34,740 nucleotides of DNA, from NCBI GenBank assembly GCA_002256025.1, contig NKIB01000168.1, positions 1 to 34,740 of the forward strand, given 5' to 3'. This stretch comes from Asterionella formosa (Eukaryota). Positions within the stretch are counted from its first letter, which is position 1; the number at the start of each line of letters is the position of its first letter. Of the stretch, positions 9,402 through 20,236 are shown in pieces. The translations under genes were made by a program, and so were the position numbers. A model generated the notes under the pieces. It did no database searches, was not told where the DNA came from, and saw only the letters and a list, made by a program, of their open reading frames with translations.

Positions 9402-11756
9402 TCACTGTCCCACAGCTTCTTCCACCTCGTGTTGCCCCACAACTTCTTCCTCCTCTACCTCCTGCTGTCCCACAGCTTTTTCCCCATCTTGCTCCTCGGT
9501 ATGGACAACCTTTGACTGAGGATCATGAAACACTAATGTCACAGACTCATCGTCGTCATTTGACACACCCTCTCCATCCGACCATCGCCTATTGTTCTCG
9601 CCTTCTAATATGCCATAGTCGATTGGTGCCTTGACAGCTTCTGGTTCTTCCTCAGCAAGTTTCTCTTCACGAATTAGTTCATCGGCTTGCCATACTCCAT
9701 GTCGAATTAACATGCCATTTGAGTCATACTCTGTCCCTTTACCATCCCTTGATCCACTTTTCCATTCACCCTTGTAGCATGCACCATCTTTTTCTACTAA
9801 TTCTCCATATCCATGATAGGCAGAATCAAACCATTGACCATCATAGTAACTACCGTCACGGAATGTGAACAATCCCATGCCATTCCGTTGCGACTTGTGA
9901 TACTCTCCAACAAATACATCACCACTGGGATAGAAAAAACGACCTTGTCCTTCTCGATAATCATGGACATAACCACCTTCATAGACCCTCCCATCTTTCC
10001 ACTTGTACACACCTTGACCTTCACGCTGTGATCTTCTAAAGTTTCCTTCGTAGTAATCACCATTTGCAAAAAAAGCACGCGCATGGCCTTCTAAGTACCC
10101 AAATCTCCAAAAGCCTTCACGAATATTGTTATTGGTATATACCATACGACCAACTCCATGAGGTTTGTCTTCAAAGGCAAGCCCGGTATAGCTTCCTGGA
10201 TTTCCTTGAGCATCCTTGATTGTTACCTCCACAACTGCTTCACATTCACCCGTATTTAAGGGATCTACAGTTTGCCGAGAGGGCGACGGCGGTGGCAGCA
10301 GCGGCGGTGTTGTAATTTGTGAATCTAGTGATAACTCATTTGTCTCTTCGCCTGTATACATGACGAATCCAGCAGGAGGTGGTTGAATTTTGAGTGGATT
10401 GATTGGCACACCGTCCACCCATTCCCCTTCATATCGCAAATCTCCAGATGGGTACACTTCCTTTCCAAATCCACTCATTTTTCCATTCGAAAATTCTCCA
10501 AAGTAGACGCGACCATCTCTATGAACAAGTTTGCATCCTGCACCATGAAATTCTCCATTAAGGAAAAATCCTTCAAAAAAACCACCATCACAGAATTCAA
10601 ATCTGCCTTTCCCCGACCTGACACCTTTTACAAAGTTCCCATCGAATGAATCCCCGGATGGATACAAGAATAGTCCCTTTCCATGTCGTTTATCCTGATC
10701 CCATTGTCCTGAATATTGTCTCCCATCGTTCCATGTGTATGTACCATTCCCTTGTCGTTTATTGGTATTAAATTCTCCTTGGTAGACATCTCCGTTTTTC
10801 AATTCCACTTGCCCTTCCCCATGCCAATTCCCCTTATTCCAAAATCCTTGATATACTTCACCAGTTTTATTATATGTCATATGCCCGACGCCATGTGGTA
10901 CATCTTGAAACAACATACCTCTAAATATTCCTGGTCGTCGCCGTGCATCCCATACAAGTCGATTCACTACAGGCCGTAGTAGTTGTTGCTGTTGTTCGGT
11001 AGTGGCTTGGCCTGCTGCAGCTGCAGGTGAGACAGCTGTAGCTGTTTTTGTAGTTGTAGCTTCAGTGACTTTTATGGGCTTGTCGTTTTCCCAATATCCA
11101 TCATGAACAACACTTCCATTTCCATCAACTTCCACTCCCTTGCCATCTGCCATTCCATCTTTCCATTCTCCTGTGTAAGTCCTTCCATCAGCCCACCGAC
11201 ATGTCCCAACACCATGATAGACTCCATTTCGAAAGTCTCCTTGATACATTCCGTTATCACCAGTTTTATCAGTTCCATTGTTATTATTAGTATCTGGAAA
11301 ATAATATACACCCCTTCCATGTCGTTGTCCTTGATGGAATTCACCAATGTATTTAGCATTATCAAATGTCCACGTGTATTCCCCATGTCCATGTCGGGCA
11401 TCCTTGTAGAATTCCCCTTTATAGATCCGTGCACCATCCTTCCATGTATAGATCCCACTTCCATGTCGTTTGGAATGCTGATATTCTCCATGGTGCGTAT
11501 CTAAATTGCTGAATGTTGTCGTTCCCATTCCATGCCACTCACCGTGATGCCATGTCCCATGAAATTTCCGTATATTGCTATCGTTGGAATCATAGACAAT
11601 GGTTCCATCAGGACCATGAGGTAACCCATTTTCATCGATCGGACCAGTATACATGCCAGATTCTGAATCATGCACCAAAGTCCGGTTCGTTACGTACAAT
11701 GGTGACTGTGAGGGCTGACGGGTGCTGTTGTTGTCGTCGACGTTATGAATAGACAT
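9402..11756 (-). CDS. MORN-repeat protein (three MORN blocks, acidic tail)
   Basis: Many Y.G.(W/F)..G.R.G.G.Y.W.DG repeats in three clusters, each preceded by a G.Y.G....PHG.G motif. The first ATG is at 11756 (the ORF track extends to a TTG at 11807). No kinase domain is visible. Confidence 0.9.
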   Translation of the reverse strand: MSIHNVDDNNSTRQPSQSPLYVTNRTLVHDSESGMYTGPIDENGLPHGPDGTIVYDSNDSNIRKFHGTWHHGEWHGMGTTTFSNLDTHHGEYQHSKRHGSGIYTWKDGARIYKGEFYKDARHGHGEYTWTFDNAKYIGEFHQGQRHGRGVYYFPDTNNNNGTDKTGDNGMYQGDFRNGVYHGVGTCRWADGRTYTGEWKDGMADGKGVEVDGNGSVVHDGYWENDKPIKVTEATTTKTATAVSPAAAAGQATTEQQQQLLRPVVNRLVWDARRRPGIFRGMLFQDVPHGVGHMTYNKTGEVYQGFWNKGNWHGEGQVELKNGDVYQGEFNTNKRQGNGTYTWNDGRQYSGQWDQDKRHGKGLFLYPSGDSFDGNFVKGVRSGKGRFEFCDGGFFEGFFLNGEFHGAGCKLVHRDGRVYFGEFSNGKMSGFGKEVYPSGDLRYEGEWVDGVPINPLKIQPPPAGFVMYTGEETNELSLDSQITTPPLLPPPSPSRQTVDPLNTGECEAVVEVTIKDAQGNPGSYTGLAFEDKPHGVGRMVYTNNNIREGFWRFGYLEGHARAFFANGDYYEGNFRRSQREGQGVYKWKDGRVYEGGYVHDYREGQGRFFYPSGDVFVGEYHKSQRNGMGLFTFRDGSYYDGQWFDSAYHGYGELVEKDGACYKGEWKSGSRDGKGTEYDSNGMLIRHGVWQADELIREEKLAEEEPEAVKAPIDYGILEGENNRRWSDGEGVSNDDDESVTLVFHDPQSKVVHTEEQDGEKAVGQQEVEEEEVVGQHEVEEAVGQ

Positions 11757-12476
11757 GACTACCGGTAAGATATTGACAATAATAGATTCGAAAGAGAGGA
11801 ATAACAATGGATGCTGTGCTAAATAAACCCGCTTGCTTATTTATCATGGCAGAATTAATCTTGGCAGCAATCATGTGGGGAGCTTTGTCTCCCAAAAATT
11901 CTACTATCAAGAAAAGAGGACACATGTACAACAAGCCGCATATGCGTTTGTTTGATCCTGTGAGGAATCATTTGTTGTCGTATGCACATGGTACCGGTAT
12001 TGTTCCTCCAATAGAAAGGTGGCACTGGTGCACTGGTACTGGTACCACCCCCCTGGTCTGGTACTTCGAGTACCGTACCTGGGAAGTTGTGGTCATTTTG
12101 CTTAACTAACATTATTAATCCGAGATAAAGACAGCGAAATCTATAGTTTCAGCAAAATTACTGCAAGCAACTTGACTGGTATTTGATTCCTGGAGTACCT
12201 GGAAGGTCCTGTAGACCGCGTTTTATGACTACCTTTCAGTTTCGACACACTCCCACTGGATCATATCATGTCTGCCAGCAGATGAGATAGGCCAGCTTTC
12301 AATGTAAATAATATTCCTTGAGTAATTAAAGAAAATGTTACTCTTACTGACCGATGACAATTTGCAGAGTCAGTCTCTGAACATGAATCGGATTTGCTGA
12401 CTGATGAATGGGTTCAAGAAACTGTCTTCTAGCTAGTAGCTTCAGAATCAACATAGGAATCCTACCTTTCTACATT

Positions 12477-12623
12477 TAGAACTTGCTGACAATGACTAGA
12501 ATTTGCCAACACTGACTCGAATTTGCTAACTATGACTAGAACTTGCTAAATACAAACTACAACTTAAACTTGGCTGTTGCTGACAGCAAATAGAATTTGC
12601 TGACAACAACAACTAGAACTTGC
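12477..12623 (+). repeat. Degenerate 20-bp tandem repeat (TAGAAYTTGCTRACWATGAC)
   Basis: Units start at 12477, 12497, 12517 and 12537, with looser copies at 12591 and 12614. Confidence 0.8.
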
Positions 12624-14391
12624 AAATAAGTGTTATAAAAAATCATTCATTTTCTATTTCTTAGTAAGCTCCAGAATGTATCTTGAGAATATACTGGATG
12701 GAGTAATACTGTTAGTTCTCAGCAGATTGGGCGTCGATCTTTTGTTAATTTAGATCAATAGTGGCGATCGAAAAAAGCGAAAAGCACGGATTTTCCCAAG
12801 TTTGGAGTTCTCATCTTATATTGTGTACAATGTTAGATATAAATTTCCCGCATTTTATGTATTATCCATCATAACATTGTCAATAATAATTCTGTTAATT
12901 AACATAAATAAAACGATGTGGCGCCCAAGTAATATATAGAATAGGATACTTATGAATGGTATGCATGAGGTAGAATGTATACCAGATGTCATCTGGCCGC
13001 GATCCCAATTGTCTTCTGCAGTAGGAAGGCCAATTGGGATGACGAAGATTTTGGCAAGGATGAAATAGATGGCAAGGGACTTGGCTTTCTAGGAAGACCG
13101 TAAAAATTAATTCGCATCTTTCGCTCCACAAAGGAAGTGCCAACCAAGATATACTGTTTGAGACTTGCCTTCTAAAAATTCTGTATTTACATACCTAGCC
13201 CTTTCTTCAACTTCTCAAATTCATCGTGAACTTTAAGCTCACCTCATCTCATCCGCTTATGGTCTTGGGTTTGGCTCAGAGCAGATGTTGTGGTATTGGT
13301 GGTTTCCATGATGAGATTCCCGCAATCTGTGAATCTGACGTTGATTTCTGAGTAGCTGATTTCGAATATGAAGGTTGTGGACGTGTGCCTGCAAGTGCTA
13401 GTTGAAACGGCTCCTTGTGTGGAAGTGGGACCTCTCCTTCTCCATTTAAGCCTTGATTTTTCCATGCAACTCCTTCAGAATCATTGCCAACTGATGAAGA
13501 TGCATGGAAATTCCATAACAGAGCTTCTGGAAGGCGATGACGAGGATGTAGAATGAGCTGAAGATGTTGACTCAAAGTCATCATGAGGCATAGTTTTGCC
13601 ATTTGGGCCCTGGGCGTGACGATGGGTTCCTTACTATATCTGGTATGCAGCTCCAGGAGCCGATTCCGGGCCTTTCTCAAGTAGCTTGTACCACTTTCTC
13701 TTGGCTTCGAGCTCATCACCAAGCTTTCCCTCAAAATCCAGCCTCTCGGTGGATCACCAAGTGGTAGCTAGCCTTCAGGTCAGCCTTGCAAATGGTGAGA
13801 TCGTCCTCTACATTTGAAAGCTTGCTTTGATGACAATTGTTGCACAACAAGATCCGCTCGTTTCGTCCATATTATATGAAATGTCCTAGAAAGATCCCGT
13901 CTATAAGAGAGTATAAAGATTTGCATCATCAATCACCCCGCCATATCATATCCGTCTAGACGCTCAATAAAATCACGGAAGATTGACCTTGTAAAAAAGC
14001 GAAGTAACTTTTACGGTCTGAGTTATCCTTTGTTTATAAAGCAAGCAACACTGGAAGTTTCTACATCATGACAAAACAATTGGCTTATTGTTGATGAAAG
14101 GAGACTGGTACTATAGATGGCACATAAATTATGCAGATACAACTGCTACCATGTACTCCGTTCACCCGTAATAGTGTAGATAACAATATACTATTGTAAT
14201 ACGAGGTCATAATGTTTGTTGTAGTAGGTATAATGTGTTTAATGTCGAAAACGTCAATAAATCTGATACATTATGCATCCGAATTCTTCACAATTTATAC
14301 AGTGGTAAAAAAATTTCGATTTCCATTTTAGTAACAAGCAAAAAGAGTCGTTTATATTTAGTTAGGGATAAAAACTATTATTGATTTGCCA

Positions 14392-14770
14392 GAGAGTGGC
14401 TTAGTGGTTTAGCACGTTGCCTTTGATTTGAGTTTGTGAGGTTCGATTCCTGCAGCTTTTTTAAGAAGCGATTGTTGGGTGCGACTCCCACACTCCTTAC
14501 CGTCCCGCACGGTCTTGCCTGCTGGTGTGCAAGAAATAGTGGGTCTCCCCCCTACAAGGAGCTTGTACAGCCTTCCTACTAGTAGGTGGTCGGAGTTTCC
14601 CCTAATGCTGCGGCTAAGACGATCACCTTTCGCGAAAGGTGGTTGGGGACTCACCTACGCTAACAAAACTTGTTGGGAAGAACAGGTCTTGTCGGCAGGT
14701 AGCACAATGAAACACTTGCCTTGAAAGAGGGAAGTACGAGTGGGATATTAACAATTTGAAATTTGAAATT
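14392..14770 (+). mobile_element. tRNA-derived SINE, family 1, copy A
   Basis: A-box TGGCTTAGTGG (14397-14407), B-box GGTTCGATTCC (14440-14450) and an (ATTTGAA)n tail. A perfect 16-bp direct repeat TATTATTGATTTGCCA flanks it at 14376-14391 and 14771-14786. It is homologous to 18473-18835. Confidence 0.88.
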
Positions 14771-14869
14771 TATTATTGATTTGCCACATATTTAGTCAAA
14801 AAAAGTAATCAAGAATCCCTGGACCAACTCATTATGCATTTTCGGACACTTTTATGCAAAAAGTGTAGG

Positions 14870-15350
14870 GGACCGAAAGAGGATTGATTGACAGTACTAA
14901 CCTAAGCAAAAATACACTTACTGGGAAGAGAGAACTTGGAATTGTCAACATTGACAAGAACAGCTTAAGACACAGCCATTATGGGAACGTGCGCTGAGTT
15001 TTTTAAGTGCTGGCATGTTGCAATAAATTCTAATCAAGATTGGCATCACTGTTCTCATGTCACTGAAATGTCATGCTGAATTTGCAGGGGAAGGGATAGA
15101 GTACATTGGGGCTTGTTCCAAAGGTGCATAGCAAAATTTGATCTTGAAAGTGAAGAAGGGGGGGGAAGGAGAACTTCAAGGCAAGTATGCGCCATTGTCT
15201 TTCAGAGAAAATCATCACATTTCAAAGAAATCAAAGTTCATGTGGCTTTTTTGTCATGAACTCATGGCTTACGATGCCTTTGATTCTGGTCAAGTTGACC
15301 TACAGACGCAACAAGGCTATTCCAAATATGGCCCTGTTGCCTTTACAAGT
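14870..15350 (+). pseudogene. Decayed DDE (IS630/Tc1/mariner-like) transposase fragment
   Basis: Translation across stops and frameshifts gives ERGLID..TLTGK..SLRH/IMGTCAEF..MLQ*..MSLKCHAEFAGEGIEY..KENFKASMRHCLS..LMAY. This resembles the PK(C/F)H.EL...IEY.W motif around the catalytic Glu of this group (from recall). Confidence 0.65.
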
Positions 15351-17219
15351 CTCATAAATGATTTGACTTTTACTACTGGTACAAGTTTGTTGAGAGTGTG
15401 ATAATGATGATTGATGATGTTGCATTTCCTGTTGCATCAATCCTAATACCTAGTACATATAGCTCCATATTGTCATATGAATTGTTCATGTAGAGAGAAG
15501 TAGCATTTCTCCCTCGCTCCTCTAGGAATCATGCATACTAAATATCCCAAAAATAGTCAAAAAGGGGGCTATCAAGCATAGTAAAAAATCTACAAGGGAT
15601 AACTGCCACTTCTCTCCAGAAGTTAACTTTTGACGTTATAGAGATGATGGCTACATACTTTGATTTTGATGAAACCCCATAGATGTAGAGCGATCCTCCT
15701 CTCAAAAGTCGACCAGATCGGCCTTTTCAATTTGTGCATGCAAAAAAGTCTGCCTGGTGTAGGTTTTTTGCTGCATTATTCTCTGTCCGCAAAGATTGCA
15801 GGGTAAGCTCCTGGTGTGTCTCTACACAAATTCTGATTAGTTGAATTGAATTTACTCACCTGCTCCAGATTGGCTGAAGTATTCTGGTTTTGTAAATACA
15901 TGCCAGCCACGCACACTTGAACCACATGTATTATGTGTGCTGTATACTTGTAAGTAAATCAGAACTAGTTTTATCCTGCTGTCTTCCATCATCATGAACC
16001 AAGATTAGCTACTACCAATATAGCCATACTCCAATTCTGATTCATATACCGGTATTTGCCTTTGGGCATACTAGAGCAACAATATCAAAAACTACATTCA
16101 GCAAGCAATGTAGATTCAGCCAATATAAATGTATAAATGATTTCCTTTCTTTTGTGTGAACATAAACCATGAGAAGACATTCTGGCGTTTTTGTGGAGCA
16201 AAGATTATGTCTACATTCAGCAATGTAGAAAACGGTTAAGTATAAAAGTTTAAATATCATTTTTGTTTGTGCAAAATGGAACCCTTTTCTATTGAATTCA
16301 AATATTCAAATGGACACTCGAATCATGGGAATTCTTCGAAGCAAACTCCTTGTTCCATGCCGTTTCTACAACCCAAGCGATGTTTTCTCCAAACTAGGGT
16401 TAAGTGGGGGTCGTAACCTTAACTCAGCTGCCGACATTTCAATCAAAATGGGGGTCATTCGTCCACCTCCCATTGCTTCGAGACAATTGCAGTCGCTCCG
16501 TGAAAACACGACAATGTTGGTCACCTCCCTTGATAAATCTTGTCAAGTATGTTACTGTATATTCTTGTTTTACAGTTTTCCTTTATGCATATATACCACA
16601 ACCATTTTTGCTTGTTCTCCAAACGTACATGTCCATATTGCATACTGGTGCAATAAATAATGGTACCAGGTACCTTGAATACGGTAGTCTACCGGTGGTA
16701 CATGGACCTGGTTACCAGTCACTGGATTATGCTTCTTCCAAAATTTGCTGCGGCTTATTAATTCTCGGGCTATAATCATTGTTGTGCCTGCATATATTTA
16801 TCGGATGCATCAGAACAACTCTTCATGCATTTCGACTATTAAATAGACATCGGCCAAAAAGTCCTGAATGACCTCAAGAGATTTTGAGATCGAGTCTCGT
16901 CACAAATGTGGATACTTCGCTCACCGGGCTTTTAATGCGCGTCACACCTTCAATTTCGAGGCAGCATCTGGTTTACTGTCACACATACAGGTAGCTTGAA
17001 TGTATTTTACGTCCCAAGTAGAAGTCTCTACATAGTACAGAAAAAGTTGTGAAGAAGAAAACAGCTAGTCGCAACTATGAAATGACCCGAATGATATTTT
17101 GTAACGTGGCCGCATTGAAGTGAAATGATTGTTTTTGCTTACAAGAAAATGCATGAATATTTTTTGCCGCGAGAATAAAGTCGATCATCGCATTATTGTC
17201 AAAACCACAGGTTTGCATC

Positions 17220-18245
17220 ATGTTATCTGATACTGTTCATCCCAAGGCTGATAGCTGCAAGTATATATCCATGAGACGAGCAGTACTGGTAGCCCTTGAC
17301 TCGATTCAGAGTAAGATGGTGACTCTTACCGGTGATTGCTCGAGACTTTGGCGTTCGCAATTGCTTCTTCAAGATGCAGTTTATAATGGTGAACAGATTG
17401 TTATCCAGAGTGTTTTTGACATGAACAGCGAAGCACAGGTCGATTTTGTCTTTGAGATATTTGACCGACAGGCAAAAGGATTTATTGATATTATTGCGCT
17501 GTCCGAAGGAATCCAAATCCTGTTTAATTTTGACGAAGACAAACAAGCGATGCAAGTTGCTGAGCACGTCGTGCAGAATTTCGATTCTAACAAAGACAGA
17601 TGTTTAGACAGACAGGATTTTTCAAGTGTCTGTTTTCATTTGGCATACAGAATGAATTGTGACCTCCCTGATCTCACGCACTTGGTCATGTGCAAAATGG
17701 CATTCTCGCCCACTGGCAACGATATACTCAATGATGTCATTGCTCGTCGACATGGATCACATGAGCATCACGATGCTTTCTCTGCCGAAAAGAATAGAAT
17801 ATCAGCCCGAACGCAACTTCTCTTTGACATGCTAGTCGTCGAGCGTTTTCGTACCGTTAGCTACAACGACTTAATTGCACATCTCGACAGGTTTGATCTT
17901 ATTTCTCCGAGCCTTCGACGGGAAATTCACTTAGCACTTAAAGGTTTTGGAGAAGAACAGAGGAACTTACGATTTGATGAATTCGAACAAGTTGTTCTTC
18001 AAATCAGCGAGATATTTCCAAAACACGTAGATATTGATGACATTATCAATGGCATTACGCTCTCGGCTTTGTTGCCGCAAGAGATCAGTACCTGTGACAA
18101 GACTGGATCGAAATGCCTTCAGACGGAGCAGATGAGCCAGAGACCTCTTCATTCTGCCCGGAAGGTGGGCGAAAAAGGAGGAAGCATGCGATGGGGAAGG
18201 AATTTGTTTGCTATGAAACAGAAAGTTGTTGCAGATATCGCATAG
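17220..18245 (+). CDS. EF-hand domain protein
   Basis: An EF-hand-like pair FDRQAKGFIDIIAL and FDSNKDRCLDRQDF, with a degenerate second pair further on. The first ATG is at 17220, just after an acceptor-like ACAG at 17207-17210, so an upstream exon is possible. Confidence 0.75.
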   Translation: MLSDTVHPKADSCKYISMRRAVLVALDSIQSKMVTLTGDCSRLWRSQLLLQDAVYNGEQIVIQSVFDMNSEAQVDFVFEIFDRQAKGFIDIIALSEGIQILFNFDEDKQAMQVAEHVVQNFDSNKDRCLDRQDFSSVCFHLAYRMNCDLPDLTHLVMCKMAFSPTGNDILNDVIARRHGSHEHHDAFSAEKNRISARTQLLFDMLVVERFRTVSYNDLIAHLDRFDLISPSLRREIHLALKGFGEEQRNLRFDEFEQVVLQISEIFPKHVDIDDIINGITLSALLPQEISTCDKTGSKCLQTEQMSQRPLHSARKVGEKGGSMRWGRNLFAMKQKVVADIA

Positions 18246-18472
18246 CACGCCGTCCAGTTCACTATCCATATCAAACCAGCCTGCTCATACTGTAATACCC
18301 TAATTTTGCTTTATGCGAAATTACCTTTTGATGATACTCAGCACCTTTGGGGTTATACACAACATGTCCATATGTATCAGTATTGCAATGAATCCCTCAA
18401 CTTTCATATGATCCAGTGATTTGTGCCAAACCCTTGCATCGAGCATCCCAGCCTTAAGGGTGATCCATATTA

Positions 18473-18835
18473 ATTTAAACTAACTTATAATGTGCTTTCT
18501 AAGACCAAGGAGTTACATGTGGAATTTCATAGCATGGCCTGCTGACCAGTCCATATGCTTCCCTAGTTTTCTTAGCATTAGGTGAGTCCCCAACCATCAT
18601 TTGCAAAAGGTGATTGTCTTACCCGCCATGCTAGGGGAAACTCTGACCGCCTAGGGAGGCAGCACACTGCTTGTAGAGGGGCAACCCACTTTTCCTTGCA
18701 CACCAGGCAAGCCCACATGGGATGGTGAGGAGTGTGGGAGTCGAACCCAACAATTGCTTCTCAAAAAAATTGCAGGAATCGAACAACACAACTTCAAGTC
18801 AAAGACAATGTGCCCAACCAACTGAGCCATTCCCC
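18473..18835 (-). mobile_element. tRNA-derived SINE, family 1, copy B
   Basis: The minus strand has A-box TGGCTCAGTTGG and B-box GTTCGATTCC, and is colinear with copy A over ~320 bp. A 17-bp direct repeat AAGGG(T/G)GATCCATATTA with one mismatch flanks it at 18456-18472 and 18836-18852. Confidence 0.85.
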
Positions 18836-19951
18836 AAGGGGGATCCATATTAGGTCAATTGTTTTGCCAGAGCCAGGCATTCTTGGTTATTTCCCATAAG
18901 ATCTGCATCACCTCCCATTTGAAGCTGTATACCTAAGAATCCCACTGCCAGCATCATCAAATCATGTTGCTGATGCACATGCATAAGGCATTGGTGCAGA
19001 TGAAAATATCATGCCAAATGAAGCCACAACTAAAAGGTTGAAACCCTCAACAAATGAAAATTAAAAATCCTCCTAGTGTCCAATATGCACACTTTTGGGA
19101 AGGTTCAATTTCCTCATCCATCAAGCTTCAACTTATTCACAACTTCTGGCTTCATTCCAACTAGTCTAGGCTTCTTCATCAGAGCATGCTCGCTTCAGAG
19201 TTAATTGCAAACAGCAAAGCCCAGTTGCAGAAGGTGTAACTACGAGAATATTGAATACATTTTGATAGTACTGGTATTCTGCTACTATCATGTATTCCAT
19301 ACTTGGCTCAGTTGTAAAATACTCCGTACACATTATGTACGGAGGCGGCTCCAAAAAATTTTCAATGACGACGTGATTGTACCTGGTACCCCTGGTTCCT
19401 GTTACCAGGTAACCTGGTACTGGCAATCCCCACCCTAATAGCTAACATCGTCTGGCTTTTCTATGAGAACTATGGGTGTCTAAGTAATTTTTGGTATCTT
19501 TAAGTAATTAGGGGCAATATAGGGGCACGGTCGATTTTTCGGCAGTCCAATTGCCTGTTCGTTGAGGTTTGAGCAGGGACCATCGAGCAACGTCAGGAGT
19601 AGAATTTTCATATGTTTGGAAATCAAGCAATAGGTGCCACATCAAAAATGCATGGACTTTATCGAATAACGGTCGTTAGTAGCATGAAGAATGGTCACAC
19701 GAGAATGATTGCACCACGCATCGAAAAATTCGACACCATGTTGTGATATTAACAAGGAGCAACCAAAGTATGAAACGGCGATCGAAAGGTAAGCCTGGCG
19801 CCACTCGTTCGACAACCTACTCGCGCCTCCCAAGAAGCCTCGAACACAAGAATACTCGCAGGCAGTCTCCACGGTCGTGTCTCATTTATTACCTTCAGTA
19901 GTCACTTAAACGTTTGATCCTAATGTTTGTTGTTGCTTCTTCAGGACGGTA

Positions 19952-20236
19952 ATGGACAAGATTGTAAGAGGAACACCCTTTATTTGTTTTGGTTTGTCAT
20001 CTTGGTTGTACGTTACATGGATGAAAAGGACAGCAGTGAGGAAAGAAGATGTGCTGAAGAATATTGTCAAGCATGAACCTATCTCAATCGTCTCCTATGT
20101 TTATCCTTGGGAACCAGTAGCAGCATCTACATCAATCCAAACTCAACAACAACGGCAGCAAGCGGAGTTCGTCTCCACAATGACCTTTTCCAACAGCGGA
20201 CGACTGCGTCCTCCCAGCTGTCCATGTTGTCAATAA
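19952..20236 (+). CDS. Small hypothetical protein (94 aa) with an N-terminal hydrophobic segment and a C-terminal CPCC motif
   Basis: An ATG-initiated ORF directly after an intron-like segment (GTAAGC ~19789 to a pyrimidine tract and TTCAG ~19943). No family was recognised. Confidence 0.4.
   Translation: MDKIVRGTPFICFGLSSWLYVTWMKRTAVRKEDVLKNIVKHEPISIVSYVYPWEPVAASTSIQTQQQRQQAEFVSTMTFSNSGRLRPPSCPCCQ

Noticed and set aside
5359..11752. Short antisense and alternate-frame ORFs overlapping the DUF819 and MORN genes
   Set aside because: By-products of the real coding frames, with no independent motifs.
12477..12623. CRISPR array
   Set aside because: The units are adjacent and degenerate with no unique spacers, there are no cas genes, and the context is eukaryotic.
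12770..13830. Minus-strand ORFs such as 13276-13734
   Set aside because: Fragmented, with no recognisable motif; probably decayed repeat sequence.
14298..14320. Tc1-type left end TA-CAGTGG for the transposase remnant
   Set aside because: No matching inverted end was found downstream, and the motif is too short.
14392..14460. Functional tRNA gene
   Set aside because: The acceptor and anticodon stems do not pair, and the sequence is part of a longer TSD-flanked repeat.
14490..14670. HDV-like, twister or hammerhead ribozyme in the SINE body
   Set aside because: There is a P3/L3-like hairpin and a GCTAA motif, but I could not build P1 or the pseudoknots, and there is no CUGANGA core.
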